Positions 1 to 12,575 of a DNA stretch of 36,083 nucleotides are shown one piece after another (positions within the stretch are counted from its first letter, which is position 1; every line of letters begins with the position of its first letter). The position numbers were made by a program, and so were the translations under genes. The stretch comes from Bugula neritina (Eukaryota; Animalia; Bryozoa), in the NCBI GenBank assembly GCA_964035545.1, contig CAXIUT010000100.1:1-36083 (forward strand). The letters run 5' to 3'. The notes beneath the pieces were generated by a model. It worked only from the letters and a program-made list of their open reading frames with translations. It did no database searches and was not told where the DNA came from.

Positions 1-81
1 CCCAACCCCAACCCCAACCCCAACCCCAACCCCAACCCCAACCCCAACCCCAACCCCAACCCCAACCCCAACCCCAACCCC
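1..81 (-). repeat. Left telomere, (CCCCAA)n
   Basis: Perfect C4A2 repeats from base 1 to 81; the Tetrahymena-type ciliate telomere repeat. Confidence 0.97.
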
Positions 82-120
82 TTGATTCAGATATTATTAA
101 TAGTATAAATATAATAGTAG

Positions 121-503
121 ATGAGCAAATAGAGTAAAAAATAGTTATCTATTTAATAAAAGAAAATCATATCTGAGGTAAATGAGATGCATTTTAAAAA
201 TTACAAACTCTACAAACTTAGTTTATATGGAGCTTTAATAAAATGTGGCTTGAAGATGAATGACTAAAGAAAATACTATTAATGTGTTGATTCTATCAAT
301 AAAAAACAAATTTAAGGAGAGCAAGCCATGCAAAATAAATTAGCAAAATATGAAGTAGATCTCTAATGATTTAGAATATTTATTTGACTAAGCTCTCTAG
401 ATGTGAGAGATCTGATATCTAGTGTGTTGATTTATTGAGAAAACAGATGAAAGTTGAAATATATGAGATATTTGATTGTTTATATGAGACTAAATTTAAT
501 TGA
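121..503 (+). CDS. Small helical Cys-containing protein (about 120 aa), weak resemblance to FAM136A/DUF842
   Basis: ATG 121, 20-nt intron 355-374 (gtagatctctaatgatttag), TGA 501-503 with TAR read as sense. Spaced Cys pattern (KC...YECVD...LSRCERSDIECVD). Family call is tentative. Confidence 0.55.
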
Positions 504-568
504 AGTAGTAATACGTCATATATAATTATGTCTGGGATAAATTCTGAAGGCTTTATATAATTTTACTA

Positions 569-1018
569 ATGACTTTGGACATAAATCATCAGAGACTTAA
601 CATTCTTCAAGAAATAACCTATATTGAACACATTGGTTCAAGAATGCCAGATAGACAAAGAAATCGAAAAGAGATTGATCAGATCAAAGTACTACTCAAA
701 CTTGTCTCCAAACATTTATACTAACTTGACTTTCTTTAAAAAAACCAACCAGAATTACTTCTAACTTCTAAATTTAACCTCTATACGGATGCTAATACAA
801 GAATGAAGAATCATATTATTCGTAAAGGCTACCAATTGAAAAATTTGTCAAAACAGTAATAAATAAAACCGTACAGTATATCAGCTTTGAAGAGTCTTTC
901 AAACATTTTATTCAATTTATAGATCATAGAAAAAAAGATGAAATGCATTGACAAGGACATAGTTGGAGTAAAAGAGGATAAAGTTTTGACTTTATTGACT
1001 AGTGATATAATAAAGTGA
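569..1018 (+). CDS. Hypothetical protein (149 aa)
   Basis: ATG 569 to TGA 1016-1018 is open when TAA/TAG are sense (MTLDINHQRLNILQEITYIEHIG...). Confidence 0.55.
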
Positions 1019-1122
1019 TTTTATGATTCTTATTCTTTAATAGACAAATAATCAGAATTTGAAAAAACATTAATTTTAAAAAACTATTCTTAAACTATAT
1101 TTATCAGATTTTTTGAACATTT

Positions 1123-2556
1123 TCAAGATCTTTCAAGTGAAGATAGGAAAGATAGGTTCTTTTTGTAAAGAGCAACTGATTCTCCAATAGTAGGTAGGTT
1201 AATTGGAAGGTTATAGTTAGCTGATATGAGGGCCATTTTGTTTTTTATGGTTGAAATATCACGATTTTATTCTAATTCTACTTTTTACTGTTTGTTTTAT
1301 TTGGCATATTTGAGAAGTTAGATCAGATATTAGTCTATTTTTTACTATGAAAGATAAATATGACAATTTTTACTATTATTTTCTTTGAGATAATTGACAA
1401 ATGACTCGATTTATATTTGTTAAGGAGAGATGATATTGAACTATTTCTTTTATTCAAACTATAATTTATATCTTAGATCTTTTATAGACTTTTATTTGTA
1501 GACATTTTGTTGTTCTATATTTATCAGAGTTAATAGTTTTTAAAATTCTAGATGAAAGAAGTTAAGCTTTAGATATCCATGTATTTATTTTAAGTTATTT
1601 ACTGAAGTATTACATATGATATAATTCAAATATTGAATCGTAGTAACTTCTTGAACAAATATACAATCATTAGCAAATACATTTGAGTTTTACTTGAGTT
1701 ATTTTATTATTTTGTTCATAGTATTACTATTGTCATTTTGTAGTTGATATTGATTTAATGATTGATAATGTTTTTTGTTGATAAGTAATTATTTTTATAA
1801 GATAGATGGTGTTATTTATCTTTATTTGTAGTTGTTAAAAATAAATATGTTTTATTATTTGTCTATAAGTTTGTTTATTTTGTTTGATATCACTGATATT
1901 TACTAGTTTGTTTTATAATTGATACAATGAAATACTAAACTTCTTTATTTATTAGATATTTTTAATTTTAATTTTAATTATTTTTTAGATGTCCAATCTT
2001 TTAAAGAATATTGGTTTATTTTATTTTTAAAAAGGATGTGAGTTATTTTTTGTTGTAAATAATTATTTTTATTATTGATTTTTAACTAAAAATCTATAAA
2101 CTTCTATGCTCCTTATATTTTTTATACCATAATATATTTATAAGCCAAATTAAACCTATCTATATCAATAGATTTCAATAGCAAAGCATTATCTTTAGCA
2201 TAATTTCTTATTTTTGATAATACTATTTATTAATCTCCTTAAAAACTATAATTTAGTAAATGTTAGCATATTGATACTGAAGACAAAGGTGTGAGTTGAT
2301 TGTGAATGATAGATTTTTTTATCTTTTTGAAATAAATACTCTTTTATTCTGTTGATATTTCGTCCAAGTTGATTACTGTTTGGGCGAATCTGCTTGTATA
2401 TGAAAGTGAAGTACTAGATGTGTTGAGAGGCTGTTAGTAGTATTATGTATTTTATAGAAAATGTTTGTTATATTTGTTTATTATTTTGTCTATAGATATA
2501 GGTGGTGGTGGTTTTGGGTTGGTTATTTTTTGGAGTATTTTAGTTAATAAGATCAT
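1123..2556 (-). CDS. Hypothetical protein (about 477 aa), possibly a divergent CHMP7-like ESCRT protein
   Basis: ATG 2556 and TGA 1125-1123 in the same frame. Segments HNQLTPLSSVSICEHL and DIDRFNLAYKYIMVEKNI loosely recall the CHMP7 winged-helix regions. Product call is weak. Confidence 0.5.
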
Positions 2557-2600
2557 TGTTAATATTAAATGAGGTGATTAATAAGACAAATAATAAGATA

Positions 2601-3977
2601 TCATTTTCTTTTGGTTATTTTGCTGAATTGAAATTGATTATTTCTCATTTTTTATATTTGTTATTCCAGATAGAAGTTTTTATTTCTATTTTTTAAATTT
2701 GATTACTCATTTATATTTTTAGGTTGATTTAAACTATTTTTATTTTGATTTGATTATGATTCTTTTCTATTTTGATTTGTTTATGTTTCTTTTCTATTTT
2801 TGATTGGAGTTGGTCTATCCTGAGTATATGTTCTTTTTCTATTGCCTGTTGTGTTCTAAAGGTTGATATTTGAAAGAGTATTGGTATATGTTCTTAGTAG
2901 TTCTTAATTTCCTGTTTTTTTATGAGTTTTTTGTAATTATGTCAGTTGTGCTATTTGATTATTAAGATCTAAAATATTTTAATCTTCATTTAGATAAGAT
3001 GTATTCTTTCTGAAATAGTTCTATTAATATTATTTTTTAGTCAATTTTCCTTAAGTATGAGTTAATTATTTACTATTACTTCTGTTGATGAGTTATTATT
3101 TGAGATGAAGTTATGTTTATTTTTTATTGATATTAGACAGTTGTTATTTGATGATTTTTCTAGCTATTTATGCTTCTTAGTAGAACCTTCTAAAGTTTAG
3201 GTTGATAGAGCTAATTTTATCTTAAAGTGTAATTCTCATTTATTTTTACCTTTGAAGTTATAATTTACATTTATTGACTTCTTCTATAAGTTATTTTTAT
3301 TTCTAGCATGGCAAATTATGAATATGACTTTCTATCTTTTATATTCCTTTCTATATTTTTATCTTTAACTATCTGTTCTCATTTTTAAGGTTTAATGTTT
3401 TTCTTTCAAATTATGTTAATTTATTTCTATTATCTATCTTCTCTTTATATAGTTCTTTTATTGTCTATACTTGATTTAAGTTCTTTGATAATGATATGAG
3501 TTATTTCTTTAGATGTTGACTTGATGGACTCAAAAAAAGAGAACTTTATAGTTTCTATTTCTATATTTTTAATATATTTATCTATTAGTCTAGTTATATC
3601 ATCAATCTATCGATTGTTTCATTGCTAACTGGGTAGTTTTATTAGGGAATTGATTTTAAAGCTATTTTGTTTACCATCTAACCTATTAAAGATTTTGATA
3701 TTGTATTTAATTATTTATTCATTGTTCTTCTGTTGTCGCTTTATTGTTTTTGTTTCTAGAAACGATTTATATTTATTGTTTATTGAAGTACTGTTCGATT
3801 TGTATTATTTCTAGCTAACTCAGAAGGATCTTTTTTAGTATATTTAGGTTATTCTGGTTTATAAGCTAGAGGCTCTTATTCATATTTTAAAGGTTTAGTT
3901 GGTTAATTTTGATTCCTTTTTAGAGGTTTTAACTATGGCATTATGTCTTCATATATTATCTAGTGCTAAGGAATCAT
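2601..3977 (-). CDS. Low-complexity coiled-coil protein (about 458 aa)
   Basis: ATG 3977 and TGA 2603-2601 in frame; rich in N/K/E, with a short internal repeat NRKETETNQ/NRKESESNQ. Confidence 0.6.
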
Positions 3978-4102
3978 AACGAACTTTTATATTATTAATT
4001 ATTGTCAATAACATCAAAATCAACTAATGATTTTTAGTTATTTAAAGTTGATTATTTTAGAAGATTTATAGTTGATAGATATGATAATTAGATAATTAGA
4101 TA

Positions 4103-6889
4103 ATGGAGAAGACTCTTAAGTAAAATTTTAGTGTATTTGGCCGTACAACTCTAAGAAAATTTGGAAAAATGAAGATCTATATCTAAGGGCTATCTCGTGT
4201 ACTCTCCTTATTATCTAGATTGGAGCTGATCTAACTACTAATTTGGTCATTTTATCTCCTCAACTAATCACTCTTCATGATTAAGACTTGATTCGATTCT
4301 AAGACTGCTATAATACCTATCGTATATTTGATTTGAGGTAGATTACGGTCGAGAGTATGTCGGTAAGAAGAAGCGGGCGGATCACTTGATTGAGATTTGT
4401 CATCGATTGAATAATAAGGTGTATGTTGATAAATTAAATAATGAGATCGAGAAAGAGGACTGTTTGAAATACGATGTGATAATATTTTGTGACATTTACG
4501 ATATAGGAAGAGTGATGGAGATCGATAAGTTTGTAAGAAGTCAAAAAAACTCTAAAACTGTAATTATGTATACCATTCAACTTGGTTTTTTTGGACTTTT
4601 TGCGACTGACTTCGGATAGGAATGGGAAATGTTCAATTCTGGAGTAGAGTTCTCTAAAATCAATATAAAAAATATCACTAATTAATAAAAAGGAAAAGTT
4701 ACTACTCTTCTGCCTCATTAATACAAAACAGGTGATTTTGTTGTTATTAAATACGTTTAAGGCATGAAATATGTCAATAATGATGCTCGTCCTGTAAGTG
4801 TGATTGATTAATATACATTTTTGATCTAAGATACTCGTAATTTTGGAGTTTATACTAAAGGAGGTATATGCTAGAAGGTGGATTTAGTATAAAAATTGAA
4901 ATTTATCTCACTTGAAGAGCAATTAATCAAAAGACATTCTGATGTTATGTTGTTTGCCAAGGCAGTAATCGCATTCTTCCAAAGTAATAGTCGAATTCCA
5001 GGTTTATTTGATTAACATCACTAATAAGAATCAATGAGACTATTGAAACAATTATCTTAAAATATAAATCAGAAATATGACTAAGTTCGAGCAAGAAATT
5101 TCTTCAAAATATGCTAATACAGTTTTTATCCCTTGGTAAACATGTTAGCAGCAATAACTTCACTGTAAGTGGTAAAGTGTACGGGCAAGTATCGTCCAAT
5201 AAATAGTCCATTGGTTTTTGATTGGTCGAATAAACTATCTTTCTAGGTGAAAAAGAAGATGGACAATCAGATAGTTAATATCATAGATACTATTACTTTG
5301 CAGAAACTGGCTAAATTGCAGTATTAATGATGATATGTAGGATAGGGATAGTGGATGATGGATATCAGAGTTTATAGTTGTTGAATTTATTGTATTCATG
5401 TTCGATAGCTGATAAGAATCGGGTTATTTTGGTTGGTTTGGAAAGCATACATGAAAATAAGTAGTCTGATGGGCTGATTTTAAAAGCTCATATAAAGTAT
5501 CAGGTGGCAAACGATTTATACAAAAATAAGAAGACTGAAACAATACCGTGTTCATTATCTTTTTCTAATGACTACTTGCTGACAGATGTTTGGAAGAAGA
5601 TAAGGATATTGATCAATACTACTGACAAATTAAATGACTATGTATATAACAACGTGATATGGAATCAAATCGATATCCTTGATTCTGAAATAAATGAGTT
5701 GCAGGGGATCATGAAAATATGTGCGGCTAATAAATCGCAACTCAAGCAGAGAAGCTAAAATAAAAATATCTAGGGTATGATATCTAATATAAAGGTCATA
5801 AGTAGTTGGTGGATTACAAGGGATGTGTTTAGAAATCTCTTGATGAGTTTAGACTGATTTTTATAGATATATTTGAAGATGTGAGATGTTTTTTCAAGAT
5901 AGGTGGGGTGTATATCGATCGAGTTAAGATGGATCCATTGCGTAAGAATATATTTTTGTTGATAATATGTTGTTTGGAGGATAGTTCTTTTATTGAGCCT
6001 TAAAATATAGTTAAAATGTGTAAATACATTTTTACAGAATTATATCCTACTGTACAATTCGATAGTAAAGATCCCTTGGTTATGGATTATATCAGATCCA
6101 TATATTTCTTACTTTGCTGGTTTTTATACTAAAAAATAAACTAAAATATAAGAAATTAACCATTATTTTGATTAGTTTATCAATACCAATTTTGATTAGT
6201 CTAAATTAACACAAAAATAAAAATATGATATTGCCTTTGCTAAGCTAGCAATGGGCAATAGTCTTACTATCCCTTATATGTCTTTGAATTAATTGTTCAG
6301 AAAAGAACATACTGTTAAACTTATTTGGAATGGAAGTCAAATTCATGCCAAATCAGCTGCTATTGACTAAGATTTTAGTTCTAAAAAGTTTTATAAGTAC
6401 TATTTCAGAAAGTTAAAGCCTTGTCCTTTTATCAGTCAAATTTTAAACTCATTGTTGCCTATTGCTATTGTTGAGAGTGTTTATGGAAGGTTAAATAACA
6501 TTACTATAGATATGATCGATGGAAAGGCAACTTTTGTTGATTGTCCTCCTCCTAAGCCATTTCAAGCTGCTTCTGGGATAACTTTGATACCTAGTGTGTG
6601 TACTGAGTGGACAATAATAATAATAGAGGGGCCTAAGAAGGTGACTCAGATAATATAGAGATTTAATTTTATGTAGCAGATAAATGTGACTAAAATTCGT
6701 TGTGATAATTCTGATTTATATGATAGAAATTCAAAGAAGAACCCATACTTATAACAAGTAATAGACAAGATACCAGTGATAGCTCAAAATCGAGAAGACC
6801 GTAATTCTATTTAGTTGCATATTGAGGCTGAAGACAAGAATGGCAAGTTATGCGAGGTGAGTCGTGTGAAGTATGTATTTGGTTCTTGA
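4103..6889 (+). CDS. Divergent ubiquitin-activating enzyme E1 (UBA1-like), probably catalytically inactive
   Basis: Collinear with UBA1: IYIEGLSRIG..ITLHD, GFFGLFATDFGEE, GDFV..VEGM..DTRNFGVYTKGG, SLEVVKCTGKYRPI, FDSKDPLVMDYI and a C-terminal Ub-fold (..AEDKNGKLCEVSRVKY). 20-nt introns at 4199-4218, 4322-4341, 5321-5340, 5775-5794. One unresolved +1 frame break near 6099. Confidence 0.8.
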
Positions 6890-6917
6890 GTGATTTATAT
6901 CAATAGATAATGATCGA

Positions 6918-9717
6918 ATGAAATAGAAAATATTTAAATTCTTTGTAATAGAAGACCTATGCTGAGAAAGGTTCAAACTAGTCATGGTCGTAGAAAATAT
7001 ACCCATTAACAGATACCCAATCAATAGCATCGTTCTAACATATAACTCGCCCTCCTACTTCACATCCTTACTCTTCAATCAGACATATGAGATCTCATTA
7101 AACTATCCATAATAATTTGACTAAATCTAACAATGAAAGAGATATTGATCATGTGGAAATTAGTAAAACTGTTGATGGATTTTTTTAGATTCCAACTGTT
7201 AAAGAAAATTATCATGTGCCTAAATATTTTATGCATTTATTGACTGAAATTAAACTACTTTTTAGAGGAAAAGAATAATATGGAGAAAGAGGTGTTAACT
7301 TATTGATTAGTAATTTGAGTAAAAAAATAGGATAGATGTATAGATAGAATAGTAGTAATAGATAAAAAAATAAGAATTTGTAAGAATAGTTATCAAAGAT
7401 GAGATAGAGTAATGAAGATTTGAATAAGAAGATAAAAAAGTATGAATCAACTGTATTGCAGATGAATCCTTTGATAAAAGATCATACTAAATAAAAAAAT
7501 TATGGACTTATCATTGAAAATGTCAAACTAGCTCAACTAAATGCTACATATTTGAAACAAAATAAAAGATTTGTAAGAAAATGGAGGTTAAAACAAAGTA
7601 GAAGTCAAGAAAGAAGTACAATAAAGCTAAAGTACCTAAGTGTTGAGACATTTGAATAGAATTTCATATTTATAAATGAAATTGAAAAACTCAGAGGATA
7701 AATAAGTTGAGCTAGGATCTTTGGTTTAAAAAAATTAGTATAAGATTAAAGAACTTTAATAAAAAATATAGAATTTCTAACAATAAAAAGATAAAATTAT
7801 TTAAAAATTGAATCAATGGAGAGAAAGAGGTCAAATGCAAATGGAAGATAATGAGATGCATATGACTAGACAAAACTTTTTACTTTTTTCTTTGAAAAAA
7901 TTGAGATAAATCAATAAGGGATTAACTCAAAAATTAATGAATAATAATGATGACAATAATATTATAAAAAGTTAGACTGATTCGAATCCTTATTTTCAGT
8001 ATGAGGTAGATTTTTTCAAAAGTATAAAAAACGTGTATTTCGATTCAAAGTACAAATAGTATAAACTGACTTTAACAAGCAAAAAACAATAAAATTTATA
8101 GCTAACAAACTTTGAACTAGAATAAGAGTATTTAGAATATCGCAAGTATTAATAGGTTAATTTGACTTTATTAAATTATTTTATGCCTAATTTCTATTCC
8201 TTTATTGAAGATTCAATTACAAATGAAATATCTAATACTAGAGTTAAGGGAAATAGTTCAGTATCTAGAGTATTTATACAAATTTTAAGAGCTATTATGA
8301 GAAGTAAATTAAATTAATTTTTGATGTATAGCTAGGAAAGTTATACTAGATTTCCTTAATTTGTTTATACATGGTTTTAAAAATTTTATTTTAATAGCTA
8401 AAAAAATGATATAGCCACTTTAGAACCCTATATGCAAAAACCTTGTTCTCAGGATTTATTTTATAGAGATCTGATGAATATTAAACTAGATCAGAGTTGG
8501 TAAATTATTACTTTTAGATAGTTTTTACTAGAAGAATTGACTCTTGAGGAACTTTATTTTTATCTTATGTGTTAGAATTTACTCTTTAGAAAGGCTGGAA
8601 TTACTAAAGCTAAACAATATCAGGGTGATTTTTCAATATTAGTAGACTATACATCAGCTAACTGGTATTGGATATGGTATTAAGTGATTTTGAAAGTTGG
8701 AACTTGAGTTATCTTATCTCTAAAATGCGATAAAAAATAGTTTATAAAAAAAATGTAGAATATATCTAATGTGGCTTCTTTTTGAGATGTTTAGTCGAGT
8801 ACTACAAAATATAGAGAATTAATAGGTATAAATATATAGTTAAATTGTGTTAATAATTTAAATCTGATGATAAGGGACTCAGGTTTTCATCTTTTATATC
8901 GATTATTAACAGATTTACTGAAGTTAGTACTGAACAAAAAATAAGATTATATCGAGAGTGTTTTTGTTTGGGAAGAGGTAAAATAACTGCAGATATCATA
9001 TTTACTGTTTGTAGTTAAAAACTAATCTTTTGAAATATCTTAAACTGAAGTGTTTTTACAAGATGCCTCTTTTGTCATCTCATAATACTATTCAATTGGG
9101 ATTTAACAAAAAGATTAATTCACCTTCTTAGTTATAAAAGAAGTCAATAATTTGGTACATTTATGATAATTTAGTCTTCAGCCATCTGATCCTTATTTAT
9201 ACAAAATATATTCTAAGATGATGTCGTTGGTTCGAGGGAGAGCAAGTTTCATGGTGAGTTATAGAAAATGGGACTGGTTGATATGATAAATTATTTTGGT
9301 CAGATGCAGAAAGTATTCAATGATAAACAAAAACCAGCTGATAGTAGTATACTTAAATGTCGTCATTTTATGCATTTTATGTGCGAGATAGTTAGTAAAA
9401 TAAAAGTTATTAGTTTTAATCATTTTTATTAACTTCTAGAAGAATAAAATAAAAAAAGAAAAAATTAGCCTTTTTGGGTCTAAATATACTAATCTTAGTT
9501 ATGTTAAATTTTATCTTAAGAATTTATTGCTGTTATGAAGATTTACTAAAAATTGTCAAAGTAGATAGAATGGAAGAACAAGGTGTATGACTTTAGATTG
9601 AATTTCGCTGCTAGGAAGATCCAAAAGATAGTAAGAAAGAAATTTATAGCTCCTTATATTTAGCTTTATAAAATAATATATAATGAGCAAAAAAATGGAT
9701 AACAACCTAAACCTTGA
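6918..9717 (+). CDS. Large coiled-coil protein with a C-terminal IQ-like motif; exon structure unresolved
   Basis: Long coding-like segments (KIKELEEKIENFEQEK; FPEFVYTWF; WEIITFREFLLEELTLEELYFYL; AARKIQKIVRKK) ending at TGA 9715-9717. Clear 20-nt intron 9155-9174. Several frame changes are not cleanly explained and the start is uncertain. Confidence 0.6.
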
Positions 9718-9750
9718 TTTTTATGATATTTCTGTTATATTTAAATTTAA

Positions 9751-11259
9751 ATGATAAAAGTTCCTCACATTAAACTGCAGCAAACCAATATTGTTACTAT
9801 CAATGGTAAGAAAAAAGAAGGTTAACTTCGTCAGGAAATTACCAATAAATCTGTTAGTACTATAAATCATCTTTCTATTTTTGATTCTAGAGTCGATCTT
9901 GATTAGTTGCCTATTTTAAATAATAATGTTTAAATTTTGACTATTCGAAAGAGTATTATTGAAAAAATTAGTTCTGGAGTGATAGTAGGATAAAATTTAC
10001 AAATTGTTGAGATGCCTAATTGTAATTTAAGCTTTATACCTAAAATATAATCTAAATTTTTGAGTAAATTGAATTTAAGTCACAACTGTATCTCATAAGT
10101 GTCGTTTATTGGTAATATATAGTCATTAAAGATTTTTGATCTTCGAGATAATAGAATAAAAAAGATAGCTAAGGAGATAGTATCAAAACCACAATTACAG
10201 ATATTTCATGAGTTTTTATGGTATAGTAATAGATAGATTATTCATTAATCTTCTGTTTCATAAGAATTTTAAGATAGTTAAATGATAGATGTCGATTCTT
10301 TTATTGAAGATTCTATACTTTAGTGGTAAAATTAAAAGTTAGTATAAATTTGTTAAGATATTATTGATCAAGATAATGAATATTTGATGGGCCAAATAAT
10401 CAAATATCTAAATGATGAGTTTATCTAACTTATATTTGATGTTTCATGGAGAAAAAAGAAACATAATGTACTTACTTTACTCGTTAAAAAGTCAAAAGTA
10501 AAAGAGTTGAGTCTTTAGGAAAGAGTTATGTTACTTATTCCTTAGTTGTTGCCTCTATAGGTATTGAAAATAACTCCTTTAGAACTGATTGTGAAAGCAC
10601 TATCAAGTGGTTTTTCAGATGTAAAGAGAATATAATTGTTTTTCTATCATTTAGAAATATAATCGAAAGGTAATAATATTTTTATCGAATCTGAAAAAGA
10701 TCTAATAAACTTTATGAATTATTCAGTGAAGTATATTCATAATTATGAATCTTAATTTTTGATAAGTCAGAAAACATTCTTTAATGGCTACGATTTTGAA
10801 AATAACGCTATAATAAGATATTTTTTACATCTATAAAGTATACCATTAACTCAGATATTAATTCAAAGCTAAGAATTCAAAGAGAAAATATTTATGTTGA
10901 GTTCGTTTAAGCAGATGATAAAGTCAAATAATAAGTTGTATAAATATCTTTTAAAGATGAATAAAACTTATTTAGAGAGTTCAAAAAATGTGAATTCAAG
11001 TTGGTATTATCCTGAATATCGATAAAGGAAATCATTTTGTATAAAGAATGACCTTTATGATTTTTAGGCTTTGAAAGAGTATGAACAGATGCAGTGTAGT
11101 TATTTGAAGAAAGATTTCAAATACTCAATTAGATTTAGTAATAAAGATAATGAAATATCAGTGTCTAGAAAGATATAAAACGGACTTAAAAGACAATCTC
11201 TCAAATCAATAAAAAATACTATCAGTTAGTATTCAACTCGTTCAGTATTTAAATGTTGA
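9751..11259 (+). CDS. Leucine-rich-repeat protein (502 aa)
   Basis: Uninterrupted frame from ATG 9751 to TGA 11257-11259; LRR motifs LQIVEMPNCNL, LSKLNLSHNCI, LKIFDLRDNRI. Confidence 0.8.
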
Positions 11260-11363
11260 TTTAATATGTTTTGATAATATTTTATTTATAAGCTATTTAG
11301 ATAATATTTCAATTATAAGTTTTGTATTTAGATAGAATCTGTATTATATTTTAAACTTTAAGA

Positions 11364-12530
11364 ATGAAAGGAGAGTAAATGTCAGAAATTATTGATGTAG
11401 TCTATTTGAAAAATTAGGTCTTATGCTTGGAAATTTGCAGACTTGGGAAAAAAGTAAAGAAGAAGTTTTTAGAACTTTGTACTGTGGAGTGATTGAAACT
11501 AAGATAGCTAAACTTTAAAAAAGTTAAAAAGAAGTCAAAAATTAAATATTAGGAGTTTGTTAAAATATTGAATGTTCAGTATTCTTTTCTTTGTAAACTT
11601 AAAAGATAAGACAAATAAGTTGAAGTCTCCAACGCATATCCAACTTTTCAAGAATTTTCTAAAAACTTCAATCCAATCAAAAGTTCTCTTTTAGAATTAA
11701 GTTAATTCATGGGTAAATTTATTGGAGTAACAAATTATGAGTACACTCAGATGAAAAAGGTATATGACTAAGCAGCTGAGATAAAAAATCGTTATTAATA
11801 TCAGAAAAGCAAATACTTTCATAGTTACAATTTAAAAAAGTAGCAGATTTATTCAAAAAAACATATGAAAAAGCATTTCTAAATGACTAAATATATTGAT
11901 TTGTTGTCAATGGTCGATAAAGAGAGAAAGATTCATGAAGAAACATATTTGAGGATACATAATGTGCTTACTAAAGATATGGACATAAAGGTAAGAATGT
12001 ATAAGGATATTTGTGATAACTTGGAGTACATTGATAAGCTTTATGAAAAAGGATTGAAATCTAATATTATTTTGAATTTGATTAAATATTTTAAAGAAAG
12101 ATACGAAAAAAGTGTTGAAGAAAAGGCTGAATTCAAGGAAAATGAGGATAACTTGCCAAGAATTGAAGATAATTATAAATAAATAAGTCAGTAATTTTTT
12201 AAATATTTTGATTCTTTTCTTGAAGAAATAACGGTAGCTAGTTGGAATATTTCTTTTCAAAAAAAACTTTAAAATTCTCAAAGACCTGAAGATAATATAA
12301 AAACTAACTTGATTTTGACTTTTGATAACAAGATGTTGGTCTACAAAAACGAAAATAGAGAGTTATTATTTGAACAAATAATAGAGGAAGTTAAGATTCA
12401 GTCAAATTCTGAAGGAGTATTCGATATAAAAGATAAAAAATCAAAAGAAAAATCAAACATAGCTTTTGATAGAGTAGAACAATAGGATTAATTTTTACTA
12501 CATCTTCAAAAAATGAATGTTCAAAAATGA
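11364..12530 (+). CDS. Helical/coiled-coil protein with a possible C-terminal PH-like region; 5' end uncertain
   Basis: One frame from ATG 11364 to TGA 12528-12530, except for a single in-frame TGA at 11490-11492. Includes supplied ORF 11883-12182. Confidence 0.55.
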
Positions 12531-12575
12531 TAGTTAATACTATTTTATATCATATTCAGTATGAAATCAATCAAA

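Noticed and set aside
178-197. Non-canonical GT..AA 20-nt intron in the first gene
   Set aside because: The reading frame is open through this segment, so no intron is needed.
741-755. AAAACCAACC resembling the Tetrahymena chromosome breakage sequence core
   Set aside because: Lacks the following YC of the Cbs consensus, lies within a CDS and is not at a telomere junction.
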